A stretch of 64,000 nucleotides of DNA, from NCBI GenBank assembly GCA_040218735.1, contig JAVJQW010000019.1:352001-416000 (forward strand), in the 5' to 3' direction. Source of the stretch: Deltaproteobacteria bacterium (lineage in GTDB: Bacteria > Myxococcota > Kuafuiibacteriia > Kuafuiibacteriales > Kuafuiibacteriaceae). The notes under the pieces were generated by a model. That model had not been told where the DNA came from and made no database searches. It worked only from the letters and a program-made list of their open reading frames with translations. Numbering within the stretch: position 1 is the stretch's first letter; every line of letters starts with the position of its first letter. The position numbers and the translations under genes are program-made. Positions 30,511-40,336 of the stretch are shown piece after piece.

Positions 30511-30514
30511 GCGG

Positions 30515-32647
30515 TTACAGCCCGTCGACGAGCGTGGGCTCGAGGAAGCGGGTCGGCACGGCGGTGACCTGCCCGAACCCGTTGGAGCCCCAGCATTCGA
30601 GGTGCCGATCGGTGCGAACGGCGCAGCTGTGGTCCGCACCGATCACGAAGTCGACGGTCGCACTCAAGTGCTCCACGCGGGTCGGACGCAGCTCGTCGCG
30701 GGCGTTACCGTTGGCGAGGTTGTGCGCCTCGTTCTGTCCCCAGCACGACCACGCGCCGCTCCCGAGTCTCGCGCACGGGGAGTGCTGTTTACCGCGGATC
30801 TCGACGGCGCCCGAGAAGTCGTAGACGCGCTCGGGGGCCATGCGGTGGATGCGGTTGTTCGAGCCGAGCGCGCCCTGTTCGTTGTTCCCCCAGCAGTACA
30901 CGTCGCCGTTTTGGAGTCGGGCGCACGAGATGCTGCCGCCTGCGATCACCTCCTCCGCGGGCCCCGGCAGTGGCACGGGAAGGTCGGGCGTCTCCCAGTG
31001 GTCTACGCCGAACAAGTAGGCACCGATACACACGACCGTGTCTTGGAGCGTCACGGCGCACACGTGATGATCGCCGAGGGCGAGCGCGCGGACCTGCCCG
31101 AGCTCGGGCACCGGCGTGACGCCCGCGAAGTAGCGACCCCAACACGTGACCCAGCCTTCACGGTCGATCACGCAGCTCCGATCCCAGTTCGCGCGTAGCG
31201 CGATCGCGTCGGGCGCGTCGACGATCTCCACGGGCGCCCGAATCTCCGCGGGACCTCCGGGCAGCACTTGTCCCCAATCGTTCCTCCCCCAGCAGTGCAC
31301 TCGGTTTTTGGGGTCGAGCGCGCAGGTGTGGTTGGCGCCGGCGGCGAAGTCGCGTGCCTCGTCCAGCTCCACGCGGACGGCGTGGCCGCCGACCAGCGGC
31401 GCCGCGGCCGACCCGAGCTGGCCGGAGGTGTTGTTTCCCCAGCACCACAACCCGCCGGGCTCGTCGAGCGCGCAGGAGTGGGTGCTACCGACGTCGACCG
31501 CTTCGACGCGCGGCAGATCGAGGGGACGTGGAGTCGCGACGAGCGGGGAGATGTCGACGCCGAGCTGGCCGGACGCGGTCGAGCCCCAGCAACGAAGCCG
31601 ACTGTCGTCGTCGAGGAGACACGCAAACGAATGACCGACCTCGATGCGCTTCGCTCCACTGAAACGAAGCGGCGTCGCGAGGTCCACGTGGTTCACGATC
31701 GCCCCCCAACAGACGACCTCGCCGTCCTCGAGCCGGGCGCAGGTCCACGACGCTCCGGCGCGAATCTGAACGGCACGGCCCCCGAGATCCGGAACGTTCG
31801 CCCCGGCCGACGGGCCCCAGCACAGGACGCTCCCGCTCTCTCGTGTCACGCAGGTGTGGTGGTAGCCGGCGGCGATCGAGGTCACGTCGGTGAGCCCCGT
31901 GTCGAACAGCTGCGTGCCGGGGAGCGGCGTCTGGGCGCCGAACATCCCGGCGGCGCCCTCGCCCCAGCAGTACACCCGCCCCTCGGCGACGGCGCAGGTG
32001 TGGTTGGAACCCATCGCGACCGCTTCGATCGGCCCCTCGATACGCGCGAAGTCGTCCGGGTGTCCCAGCTCCTGGCGGTCGTTGGTGCCGAAGCACCGAA
32101 GCTGCCCGTCTTCGAGCACGGCGCAGGTCGTCTCCTGTCCCGCGAACAGCCGGGTCACGCCGGTGAGGTCGCCGCTCGCGAGCTGGTCGTAGTCGTCGTT
32201 GCCCCAGCAGGTGAGCGTCCGGTCGCGGCGTACGACGCAGCAGTGACTCGAACCGCACGCGAGCTCGGTCGCGTCCTCGACGCCCGGGATAGAGTTCGGC
32301 GTGGCGACGATCGGGGTGGACGCGGGCGCGCCCGCCAGCCCCGCGACGTTCGCGCCCCAGCACTTCACGCGACCGCTCGGCTCGAGGACACACCCCGTGG
32401 TGTTGCCCAGCGCGACGTCGACGTACCGCGGGTGGCACATCCCGACGTAGCAGACGTCGCCGCGCTCGCAGTCGGCGTCGACGGCGCACTCCAACAAACA
32501 AGCGCCGGGGTCCCCGGGGGCCACGCAGATGTCGGTCTGACACACGAGCCCGTCGCCGCAGACACCGTCGCACGGCTCGCACAGGATCGGGTCGAGGCCG
32601 CGGCAGGCGAAGAGCGCGAAAGCGGCGAGCCCGACGAAGCGATTCAC
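30515..32647 (-). CDS. RCC1-repeat lipoprotein
   Basis: Lipobox ALFAC and a Cys-rich N-terminus, followed by many GxxHxCA...GxxxCWGxNxxGQLG repeats. Confidence 0.9.
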   Translation of the reverse strand: MNRFVGLAAFALFACRGLDPILCEPCDGVCGDGLVCQTDICVAPGDPGACLLECAVDADCERGDVCYVGMCHPRYVDVALGNTTGCVLEPSGRVKCWGANVAGLAGAPASTPIVATPNSIPGVEDATELACGSSHCCVVRRDRTLTCWGNDDYDQLASGDLTGVTRLFAGQETTCAVLEDGQLRCFGTNDRQELGHPDDFARIEGPIEAVAMGSNHTCAVAEGRVYCWGEGAAGMFGAQTPLPGTQLFDTGLTDVTSIAAGYHHTCVTRESGSVLCWGPSAGANVPDLGGRAVQIRAGASWTCARLEDGEVVCWGAIVNHVDLATPLRFSGAKRIEVGHSFACLLDDDSRLRCWGSTASGQLGVDISPLVATPRPLDLPRVEAVDVGSTHSCALDEPGGLWCWGNNTSGQLGSAAAPLVGGHAVRVELDEARDFAAGANHTCALDPKNRVHCWGRNDWGQVLPGGPAEIRAPVEIVDAPDAIALRANWDRSCVIDREGWVTCWGRYFAGVTPVPELGQVRALALGDHHVCAVTLQDTVVCIGAYLFGVDHWETPDLPVPLPGPAEEVIAGGSISCARLQNGDVYCWGNNEQGALGSNNRIHRMAPERVYDFSGAVEIRGKQHSPCARLGSGAWSCWGQNEAHNLANGNARDELRPTRVEHLSATVDFVIGADHSCAVRTDRHLECWGSNGFGQVTAVPTRFLEPTLVDGL

Positions 32648-34140
32648 GGCGCCGGCTCCGACGCGAAGATCTCGTTGGTGACGATCGCGCGGACCACGGC
32701 GACGATCAGCGCGGTCGCCCCGATCGACAGCGCCGTCACCGCACCGGCGCGCAGCGGGCCGACGCGCTGGCTCGCGTCGATCGCCTTCTGCGTGATGGGT
32801 CGCGCGTTGGCGTCGGCGGTGGCGTCCGCCGCCAGCATCGAGAGCACCGCGCCGCCCCCCGCGATCGCGAGGCCGGATCCGAGGAACGCCAGCGTCGTGT
32901 TGTCGTCGTACCAGGAGACGGCGGGTACGTAGGGCGCATCGAGGGTCGTCGACGTCGTCTGCAGGGCCATCGCTTCGACGCCTGCGACGAACTCCGGCGT
33001 CAGCGCTCTTTTGAATAGACTCCGCCGGAGCTCGTCCGCTATCGGCCCGCGCGACGCGAGTCGATCCGTCGCGTCCGCGAGCGGCGCGCCGAGGACGAGC
33101 CCATCGGGTCGCGGTTCGATCCGATGCACCGACCGCTCCGCGAACAGGTACAGCTCGCGTTCGCGTTCACTCACCAGCGCGAGCGCCATGCCCGCGGGTT
33201 TGTTGGCGTCGAGCACGCGGCGCCCGGCGGCGTCCGAGATGTAGAAGTGGCCGGCCAGCTCGGCGTCGATGTGCAGGCGTCGCTCCGGTTCGACACCGCG
33301 GAGATCGACGAGCGAAGCCCCGCGTGTGTGCGGTCGGCGAACGAAGGGCTGGATGCGGACCTTGGCGTTGTCCACCTCGTGGTTCGCGGCGACGAGGTAC
33401 CCCTGTACCTCCGCGTAGGTGACGATGCCGTCGCCGTCGACGTCGGCCGCGCCCTGCAGCGCGCCGAGCACCTGGTAGCTGAACACCCCGGCCTGGTAGC
33501 CGCTCCACTCTTGGACCTCCTCCTCGGCGCTCGTCGAGAGCAGGAAGCCGGTGTTCGGGTGACGCTCGAGGGTGTCCTCCGTGAGCGCCGCCGGGACGCG
33601 CTGTCCGCGTGAGCTCACGAGGAAGTACGAGTGACACGAGTCGATGATCACGTGTTTGCGGTAGGCGGGGACCTTGCGCAGGACGAGCTCCGCGAGGTCG
33701 GTGCGCGAGAACGGCTCGTCGACGAGGTGCAGGTACGCCTCGGCGGCGGTCACCGTGCCGTGGCCGGAGAAGTAGAAGTACAGCTCCGGGTTGCGGTCCT
33801 CGACGACCTCCATCGCGCGCGTGACGTCTTCGAGCGCCGCCTCCAACGCCTCGCGCGTGGGGACGCGCGCGCGGTTGGCGCGATCGCCGAAGCGCACGGC
33901 GGTCTCCTGGTCGACCCCCGCGAGCAGGTAGACCTGGGTGCCGAGCCCTTCGAGGAAACTCGCGACGCGCATCGCGTCGTCGTCGGCGTAGCGGAGTCGT
34001 TCGTAGTCGCTGCCGGGGAGGGGGTGGTTGTTGCCGATGACGATCGCGAAGGACGGCGGACGGACGCCCGGAGGTCCCCACTGCACGAGCGGCGTCGAGG
34101 TCACGGTCGCCGTGGCGGCGAGCAGCAGCGCTCCGATCAT
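32644..34140 (-). CDS. Caspase-like protease (peptidase C14), exported, with C-terminal TM segments
   Basis: FAIVIGNN, LRYADDDA, FYFSGHG (His), IIDSCHS (Cys) and GAADVDGDGIVT. The ATG at 34140 overlaps the upstream stop. Confidence 0.9.
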   Translation of the reverse strand: MIGALLLAATATVTSTPLVQWGPPGVRPPSFAIVIGNNHPLPGSDYERLRYADDDAMRVASFLEGLGTQVYLLAGVDQETAVRFGDRANRARVPTREALEAALEDVTRAMEVVEDRNPELYFYFSGHGTVTAAEAYLHLVDEPFSRTDLAELVLRKVPAYRKHVIIDSCHSYFLVSSRGQRVPAALTEDTLERHPNTGFLLSTSAEEEVQEWSGYQAGVFSYQVLGALQGAADVDGDGIVTYAEVQGYLVAANHEVDNAKVRIQPFVRRPHTRGASLVDLRGVEPERRLHIDAELAGHFYISDAAGRRVLDANKPAGMALALVSERERELYLFAERSVHRIEPRPDGLVLGAPLADATDRLASRGPIADELRRSLFKRALTPEFVAGVEAMALQTTSTTLDAPYVPAVSWYDDNTTLAFLGSGLAIAGGGAVLSMLAADATADANARPITQKAIDASQRVGPLRAGAVTALSIGATALIVAVVRAIVTNEIFASEPAP

Positions 34141-34901
34141 GGCGCCTCCACCCGGACGTCGAACACTTGCCGGTGTTCGAGGCGGTTCGGATCCTTCGCT
34201 TTCAGCGCCGCCGCGACCTCGGCGGGCGAGGCGTCGAACGCCGCGATGATCCGTAGCGCGCCCGGTTGGTAGTCGTCGTCGACCTTGATGTCGAAGGGGA
34301 GGCGGACGCTCTTGGCGTCGGCGCCGCCGCGGATCACCTCCGCGGCGCCGTCGACCGACTCCGGGTAGTACCAGTGCACGCGTCGGCCGTCCCAGCCCGC
34401 GATCGTGAGGGTCCGGTGCGCGCCCTCGGTGTTGCCGTACTTGAAGCCGATCTGTTCCCCGGGCCGAATCGTGTCGCCGGTGCGCAGGTCGCGTTTGCCG
34501 TCGGGGCCGATCGCCAGGAGCGCGACGTCCGCGGACCGAACCTCGGAGGCCCCCTTCGACCGCAGCTCGTCGCGCGGCGCGAAGACGAGCACGGCGGCGG
34601 TCGCGGCGGCGATCAGCGCGACGGTCGCTCCGCGGCGGGCCCAGTGTGCGGGCCGGCGTCGTCGTTTCGGCGCGGCGCCGTGGGCTTCGAGCAGCTCGCC
34701 GACGATCGCTGCGCACTCGGAGCAGCGCGCGATGTGGGCGCGCTCTTCGTCGGTGAGCGGTGCGCCGCCCTCCGCGATCAGCGCGAAGCGTTCGTCGGTG
34801 ATGTGGCCGGCTTCGACGGAGTCCCCGAGCAACGCGTCGGCGTTGTGGGCCACGAAGGCCTCGAGCTCTTCCGCGGGGTCCTTCACTCGACGGATCATCA
34901 T
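34137..34901 (-). CDS. Zinc-finger (HxxxCxxC) anti-sigma factor with extracytoplasmic DUF4384/ActD-like domain
   Basis: HIARCSEC, a TM helix (VALIAAATAAVLVF), RSKG, and LRTGDTIRPGEQIGF...DGRRVHWYYP. Confidence 0.75.
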   Translation of the reverse strand: MMIRRVKDPAEELEAFVAHNADALLGDSVEAGHITDERFALIAEGGAPLTDEERAHIARCSECAAIVGELLEAHGAAPKRRRRPAHWARRGATVALIAAATAAVLVFAPRDELRSKGASEVRSADVALLAIGPDGKRDLRTGDTIRPGEQIGFKYGNTEGAHRTLTIAGWDGRRVHWYYPESVDGAAEVIRGGADAKSVRLPFDIKVDDDYQPGALRIIAAFDASPAEVAAALKAKDPNRLEHRQVFDVRVEAP

Positions 34902-35497
34902 AGCGCATCACCTCCAAGCTTCGCGGCGAGGCGGGCGAAGAGCCGCTTCTTCTTCATGCGGACGGCCGGCGCGCTGAGCGAGAGCACTTCGCCGACGACG
35001 GTCGTCGAGGCCTCCTGCTCGTACATCAGCTTGAGCATCACGCGGTCGTCGTCCGGCAGTCCGTCGAGCAGCGCGCGGACGGCCGTGACGCGCGCGGTGG
35101 TCAGGGTCGCTTCCTCGGGGTTCGGCGAGTCCGTCGGGAGCTCCTTCGCGGCGGTTTCGTCGATGGGTGCGTGAACACGACGTTCGATGCGCGCCGTCTG
35201 TCGGAAGAAGAACCGAATCGCGACGCTGTGCATCCAGGTCGTGAGGGCCGCGCGCCCCGAGTAAGTGGTGAGGACGCGGCAGTCGTCCTGGAGCAGGAAC
35301 AGGTAGAACGACTGCAACAGGTCGTCGCGGTCCGGCCTCGACGCGGGGCGTTTCGTGATCGCGCGGCCCAGGCAGCTCATCACGATCCCCGCGGTGTCCT
35401 GTTTCAGGCGCTCGAAGGCCCCTTGCTCACCGCGGATGACGGCACGGACGCGTGCCAGGTCATCTTCACGCTCGGGCACGTCGGGTCGAGGCGTCAC
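34898..35497 (-). CDS. ECF RNA polymerase sigma factor
   Basis: Region 2 (DDLLQSFYLFLLQDD...YSGRAALTTWMHSVAIR) and region 4 (LPDDDRVMLKL...EVLSLSAPAVRMKKKRL). Start uncertain (GTG 35497 or 35527). Confidence 0.85.
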   Translation of the reverse strand: MTPRPDVPEREDDLARVRAVIRGEQGAFERLKQDTAGIVMSCLGRAITKRPASRPDRDDLLQSFYLFLLQDDCRVLTTYSGRAALTTWMHSVAIRFFFRQTARIERRVHAPIDETAAKELPTDSPNPEEATLTTARVTAVRALLDGLPDDDRVMLKLMYEQEASTTVVGEVLSLSAPAVRMKKKRLFARLAAKLGGDAL

Positions 35498-35589
35498 CCA
35501 TGCGGTTCGGGGCGTCAATACGTTCACGTCTCGGGGGGTGAGAGACGGACCGCCGCGCGACCGTAACGAAGAAAATGACGTGCCGATTC

Positions 35590-35769
35590 TCAGTGACAGT
35601 CGCGTTTGTTCGCGTTCTTCAGGCCGCGCTCGAGGCGTGAGCCCATCACGACGTTCGCGGTCGGCTTCTTGCGGCGCGGCCACCCGGTGATCTTGTGGAC
35701 CATGTACACAAACGCGAGCCCCGCGATGACAAGGGCGACGAGCTCCTGCACCCAGGCGTCGCTGAACAT
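35590..35769 (-). CDS. Small FeoB-associated membrane protein
   Basis: 59 aa (MFSDAWVQELVALVIAGLAFVYMVHKI...DCH) with one TM helix. The ATG overlaps the feoB stop (TGATG). Confidence 0.6.
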   Translation of the reverse strand: MFSDAWVQELVALVIAGLAFVYMVHKITGWPRRKKPTANVVMGSRLERGLKNANKRDCH

Positions 35770-37922
35770 CACGTGAACCCGAGCAACTTCCCGCCCTGGT
35801 AGACGACGAGCGCGGCGACCCACGCGAGGACGTTCATGTAGACGAGCATGAAGATCGGCCACTTCCAGGAGCTCGTCTCGCGTTTCACCACCGCGATGGT
35901 GCTCATGCACTGCGCGGCGAGGAGGAAGAAGATCATCAGCGACAGGCCGACGAGTGGTGTGTGCTCCGCCGCGATGCGTTCGCGGAGCGTGGTGTTCTCT
36001 TCGTCCGCGTCCTCACCCGCGCCGTAGACGAGGCCCATCGTGGAGACGAAGACCTCGCGCGCTGCGAACGACGCGAGCAGACCGATGCCGATCTTCCAGT
36101 CGTAGCCGAGCGGCGCGATGATCGGCTCCATCGCGTGCCCGATGCGGCCCGCGTAGCTCGCGCCGAGGCGGTGCTCCTCCGCGCGCTGCTGGAGCCGTTC
36201 GAACGCGACCTCCGCCTTCTCGCGGACCTGCTCCTTCTGCTTCGGAGTCTGCGCGTAGGACATCGCAGTGTTCGTCGCGTCGCGGAGGCTGACCGCCTCC
36301 TGCGCGGGATCGAACTCACCGAGGTCCGGGTCGCGCGGGAAGTAGACGAGCGCCCACAGGACGATCGAGCAGGCGAGGATGATCGTGCCCGCGTCGCGGA
36401 TGAACACCTTGCAGCGCTCGTAGACCTGGCGCGCGACGGAGCCGATCTCCGGCGCGCGATACGGCGGGAGCTCGAGCACGAGCGGGGGCGTCGGGCTCTT
36501 CAGGAGCGTGCGCTTGAAGACAAACGCGACCGCGACCGTGAACACGACCGACAGCACGTACATCGCCAGCATCAGCAGGCCGCCGAGCGAGAGGATGCCG
36601 AGCACCTTCTCGTCGGACGCGAAGAGCGCGCTGATGATGAGGATGTAGACCGGGAGGCGCGCCGAGCAGGAGATCAGCGGCGTCACCAGGACCGTGACGA
36701 GGCGATCCTTCGGGGACTCGATGGAACGCGCCGCCATGATCGCCGGAACCGCGCACGCGAAGCCGGACATCAGCGGCACGAACGCACGACCGTGCAGACC
36801 GATGCGGGCCATCAAGCGGTCCGAGATGAACGCCGCGCGGGCCAGGTAGCCGGAGTCTTCGAGGATCGCGATGAACAGGAACAGGATCCCGATCTGCGGG
36901 ACGAAGACGATCACGTTGCCGACGCCGCCCACGACGCCGTCCACGAGCAGGTCGCGGATCGCACCTTCGGGGAGCGTGTCGGTGACGAAGCCCTGCGTCG
37001 CGCCGACCGCGCCTTCGATGAGATCCATCAGCGGCTCCGCCCAGGCGAAGATGCTCTGGAACACGATCGCCATGACGACCGCGAAGATCACGATGCCGAA
37101 GACGGGGTGCAGGAGGACGGCGTCGAGTTTGTCGCTCTTGGATTCGGCCGTGCGTTGGCTGCGATCGATCGAGGCCTCGGCGGCGGCGTTCGCGACTTCG
37201 TAGCGGCGCTCGATGATCGCTTCGGCGAGGTCGACGTGCGCGCGTGCGGCGTCGAGGAGCTTGGGGTCGACGGGGCTCTCGTCGTGCCGTGACGTCGCGG
37301 CGATCGACGTGATCGCCCACAGCGCGGTGCCTTCGTGGCCGGAGGCTTCGGTGACCTTCGCGAGGCGGGCTTCGGCTTCGTCGTCGAGGCGCCACTTGCG
37401 TTCATAGGTCGCGGGGAGGTCGGCGAGGGCGGCTTCGATCGTGCGGGTGAGGTCGTCGAGGCCTTCGCCGCGCTTCGCGACGATCGGGACGACCGGGACG
37501 CCGAGCTGCTCCGCGAGGCGCTTCGCGTCGACCGGGCGCCCGGCTTCGGAGGCGGCGTCGGTCATGTTCAACGCGACGACACACGGGGAGCCGAGCTCGA
37601 GGATCGACAACGCGAGGTAGAGGTTGCGGTCCAGGTTCGAGGCGTCGACGACGATCACCGTGAGCGTCGGCGTGGGGTCGTCGGTGCGCCCGGTGATGAC
37701 CTCGAAGGCGACGGCTTCGTCGCGGCTCTGCGCGGCGAGGGAGTAGGTGCCGGGGAGATCGATCAGCGTGACGTCGTCGCCGAAGTTCGCCTTCGCGAGG
37801 CGCCGCTCGACCGTGATGCCCGGGTAGTTGCCGACCCGCTGACGGAGGCCGGTGAGTTTGTTGAAGAGCGTCGTCTTGCCGGAGTTCGGGTTGCCGGCGA
37901 GCGCGACGAGGGCACCCGTCAC
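35769..37922 (-). CDS. feoB: Ferrous iron transporter B
   Basis: GNPNSGKT, VGNYPGITVE, DLPGTYSL, NMTD, EDSGY, SCSARLPVY and ELPPY motifs. Confidence 0.98.
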   Translation of the reverse strand: MTGALVALAGNPNSGKTTLFNKLTGLRQRVGNYPGITVERRLAKANFGDDVTLIDLPGTYSLAAQSRDEAVAFEVITGRTDDPTPTLTVIVVDASNLDRNLYLALSILELGSPCVVALNMTDAASEAGRPVDAKRLAEQLGVPVVPIVAKRGEGLDDLTRTIEAALADLPATYERKWRLDDEAEARLAKVTEASGHEGTALWAITSIAATSRHDESPVDPKLLDAARAHVDLAEAIIERRYEVANAAAEASIDRSQRTAESKSDKLDAVLLHPVFGIVIFAVVMAIVFQSIFAWAEPLMDLIEGAVGATQGFVTDTLPEGAIRDLLVDGVVGGVGNVIVFVPQIGILFLFIAILEDSGYLARAAFISDRLMARIGLHGRAFVPLMSGFACAVPAIMAARSIESPKDRLVTVLVTPLISCSARLPVYILIISALFASDEKVLGILSLGGLLMLAMYVLSVVFTVAVAFVFKRTLLKSPTPPLVLELPPYRAPEIGSVARQVYERCKVFIRDAGTIILACSIVLWALVYFPRDPDLGEFDPAQEAVSLRDATNTAMSYAQTPKQKEQVREKAEVAFERLQQRAEEHRLGASYAGRIGHAMEPIIAPLGYDWKIGIGLLASFAAREVFVSTMGLVYGAGEDADEENTTLRERIAAEHTPLVGLSLMIFFLLAAQCMSTIAVVKRETSSWKWPIFMLVYMNVLAWVAALVVYQGGKLLGFT

Positions 37923-38149
37923 GCGGCCACCTCCACGACGAACCGCTTCGCCTCCGACCGCCGAATCGACAGCACGTAGTCGCGCACCCGCAGCTCGAGC
38001 GGCCCGCCGAGCGGCGCCCGCTTGCGCACCGACACCGACGCGCCGCGCACCATGCCCATCTCCATGAGCCGCAGGACGACCGGGCTGCGGTCACCCTCGA
38101 TCGCGCGGATGGTCGCAGGACGATCCGTGGGGAGCTGATCCAGCGTCAC
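37919..38149 (-). CDS. feoA: Ferrous iron transport protein A
   Basis: RLMEMGMVRG...APLGGPLELRVR...SIRRSEA; overlaps the feoB start. Confidence 0.95.
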   Translation of the reverse strand: MTLDQLPTDRPATIRAIEGDRSPVVLRLMEMGMVRGASVSVRKRAPLGGPLELRVRDYVLSIRRSEAKRFVVEVAA

Positions 38150-38170
38150 GACGAGGACGATCCGGCGTTC

Positions 38171-38185
38171 TGAGAACGAAAGTCA
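38171..38185. promoter_or_regulatory. Possible Fur-type iron box upstream of feoA
   Basis: AT-rich imperfect 7-1-7 palindrome TGAGAAC-G-AAAGTCA (canonical TGATAATNATTATCA), about 20 bp upstream of feoA and overlapping a TTGACT -35-like hexamer. Confidence 0.45.
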
Positions 38186-38188
38186 ATC

Positions 38189-40174
38189 TCAACGAGGTTG
38201 GACCTGGTCGGGGAGGTCCACGAACGGTTCGTCGGCGTAGAAGAAGCGGTACAGGCCCCACGTCTCCGTCACGCGCTTCACGTAGCGGCGGGTCTCTTTG
38301 ACGGGGATCGTCTCGACCCAGAGGTCGAAGTCGGTGGGGGTCTTGGGGAGCACCCGCGCGGTGAGCCCGGGGCCGCCGTTGTACGCCGCGAGCGCGAGCG
38401 GCTCGGTCCCGAAGCGGCGCAGCCCGGACTTCAGGACGTGCGCGCCGAGGCGGAGGTTGAGGACGGGGTCGGTGAGGCGCTGCGTGTCCTCGATGTCGAG
38501 GCGCCCCTTGAAGACCTCCGCGTACGCGCCGACCGCGGTGGGCGGCATCAGCTGCGCGAGGCCGACGGCGCCGGCCCAGCTGACGATCTCGGGGTCGAAG
38601 GTGCTCTCCTCGCGGACGAGGCCCATGAGGAACCACGGCTCCACCTTCGCCTGCTTCGCGGCCTCGTCGATCTCCGCTTCGAACGCACGCGAGTATGCGA
38701 GGCGCCAGACCGCGGCGTTGTCGGGCGTGAGCGCGTCGAAGAGATCGTGACGGCGGCGCAAGACACCTTGCGCTTCGGGGTAGGCGCCGTACCCGTGGTA
38801 GGCGCGCGCGAGGTCATGCGCCTGGGCGTGGTCGAGGTCCCAGCACTCGAGGATCGCGAGCTCCGCGACGGCGAGCTCCGTCGCGCCGCGGGCGTGCAGG
38901 GCCGCGGCGCGCGCGAGGGTGGTGGCCCAGCGGTCGCCGCTCGGGGAGGGGGAGGCGCCGGCGCCGCCGTTCGCGTTGCCGCTGGCGCTGCCGTTCGCGT
39001 TGCCGCTGGCGCCCGCCTCACCGCCCCCTGCGCCTCGGTTCGCGAGCAGCGCGGCGCGCAGGGTCTTCGCGCGTTTCTCGTCCTCGCGGCCGAGTCGATC
39101 CAGCGCCAGCCACGTATAGAACGACGGTCGCGCGGTCAGCGCGGCGAGGGCGGCCTTGCGGCCCTTCGGATCGAGTCGGTACGTCCAGTAGTGCGCGCGC
39201 GCGGTCTCGACCGCGCGCGGCGGATCCGATTCGACGATCTGCGCGAGGAGCGGCAGCGCGGTCTTGGCGTCGTTCGCTCGAATGGAATCGAAGGCCAGCC
39301 GCCACGCCGCCATCGAGACCTGGTCGCCGCCCATCGTGCGGATCCGGTCGTAGATCTTCTTGGCTTCGGCCGGCTGCCCGCGACGGTCGAGGACCTCCGC
39401 GACGATCATCCACGCGTCGTCCACGTACGAGTGCTTCGGGTGCTTCGACTCCAACCACGAAGCGACCTTCCGCGTGCCGATCGTCTGCCCGCGGATCCCA
39501 CGCACCTGGATCTCCAGCAGCGCCGACCGCCGCGCGAAGTCGTCGTTCTTCGCGGCGTCGCACCGCTTCCGCGCGTCCGCCAGCGCGGCGATCGCCGGCT
39601 TGTACCGGCGCATCTTCCGCTCCGTCTTCCCCACGACGTACGCGATCTCGCAGGCGTACGCGTGCTTCGGTCCGACGGCGCTCCCGAGCCGCCGCGCCTC
39701 GACGTTGGCCTCGCGGCTCTCGTGCAGGTCGAGCAACGCGCGCACGCGCTTCATGCGCCCGTCGACGTCCAACCGCTCCGCGATCCCCTCCCCGCCGAGC
39801 GCCTTCGCGAGCGCGCGCGCCTCGGGCGTGTCGACGACCGTCGTCAGCAGCGTCGCCTCCGCGGCCTTCGCGCGGGTCTCCTCCTCCGCCGCGCGGAGCA
39901 GGTCGATCGCGCGCCGCAGCCGCGCGCCGTCGGGCGGCAGCGCCAACAGCCGTTCGGCCGCGGCGGCGGGCCGAGTCTTCGCGAGCAGCTTCGGCGCGAG
40001 CAGCGAGGCCTCCTCGAACATCAAGTCCGGCGCGCATACCTTCCGCGGCGCGATCCGGTCGATCGCCGCGATCGCCTTCTTCGCGTCGCCCGCTTCGGCG
40101 GCCGCTCGGGCTTCGACGAGCGCGTCGTAGTCCGCGAGTGGGCCGGCGGCGACGAGCACGAGGAGAAACTGCAC
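38189..40174 (-). CDS. Soluble lytic transglycosylase (Slt domain) with TPR-like superhelix
   Basis: REESTFDP, GAVGLAQLMP, AAYNGG and ETRRYVKRV motifs. Confidence 0.92.
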   Translation of the reverse strand: MQFLLVLVAAGPLADYDALVEARAAAEAGDAKKAIAAIDRIAPRKVCAPDLMFEEASLLAPKLLAKTRPAAAAERLLALPPDGARLRRAIDLLRAAEEETRAKAAEATLLTTVVDTPEARALAKALGGEGIAERLDVDGRMKRVRALLDLHESREANVEARRLGSAVGPKHAYACEIAYVVGKTERKMRRYKPAIAALADARKRCDAAKNDDFARRSALLEIQVRGIRGQTIGTRKVASWLESKHPKHSYVDDAWMIVAEVLDRRGQPAEAKKIYDRIRTMGGDQVSMAAWRLAFDSIRANDAKTALPLLAQIVESDPPRAVETARAHYWTYRLDPKGRKAALAALTARPSFYTWLALDRLGREDEKRAKTLRAALLANRGAGGGEAGASGNANGSASGNANGGAGASPSPSGDRWATTLARAAALHARGATELAVAELAILECWDLDHAQAHDLARAYHGYGAYPEAQGVLRRRHDLFDALTPDNAAVWRLAYSRAFEAEIDEAAKQAKVEPWFLMGLVREESTFDPEIVSWAGAVGLAQLMPPTAVGAYAEVFKGRLDIEDTQRLTDPVLNLRLGAHVLKSGLRRFGTEPLALAAYNGGPGLTARVLPKTPTDFDLWVETIPVKETRRYVKRVTETWGLYRFFYADEPFVDLPDQVQPR

Positions 40175-40336
40175 GGCCCGGGAACATGGCAGACGAACGT
40201 TCGAAATCCCAACGTTGGAATGTGGCTCCCGAGTCGGTTTTCCCCGGGTCGGACGATCGTCGCAACTGTCCGGATTCGCCCGCTTTCAATCTTCCCACCG
40301 CGGGTCGTGCTCCCTATGCTGCCTTCGGTCCCCCAC

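Noticed and set aside
38198-40336. 1840-aa ORF as a single giant protein
   Set aside because: The first ~710 codons are the antisense shadow of the Slt gene. The real protein starts at the PilZ domain (ATG 40337).
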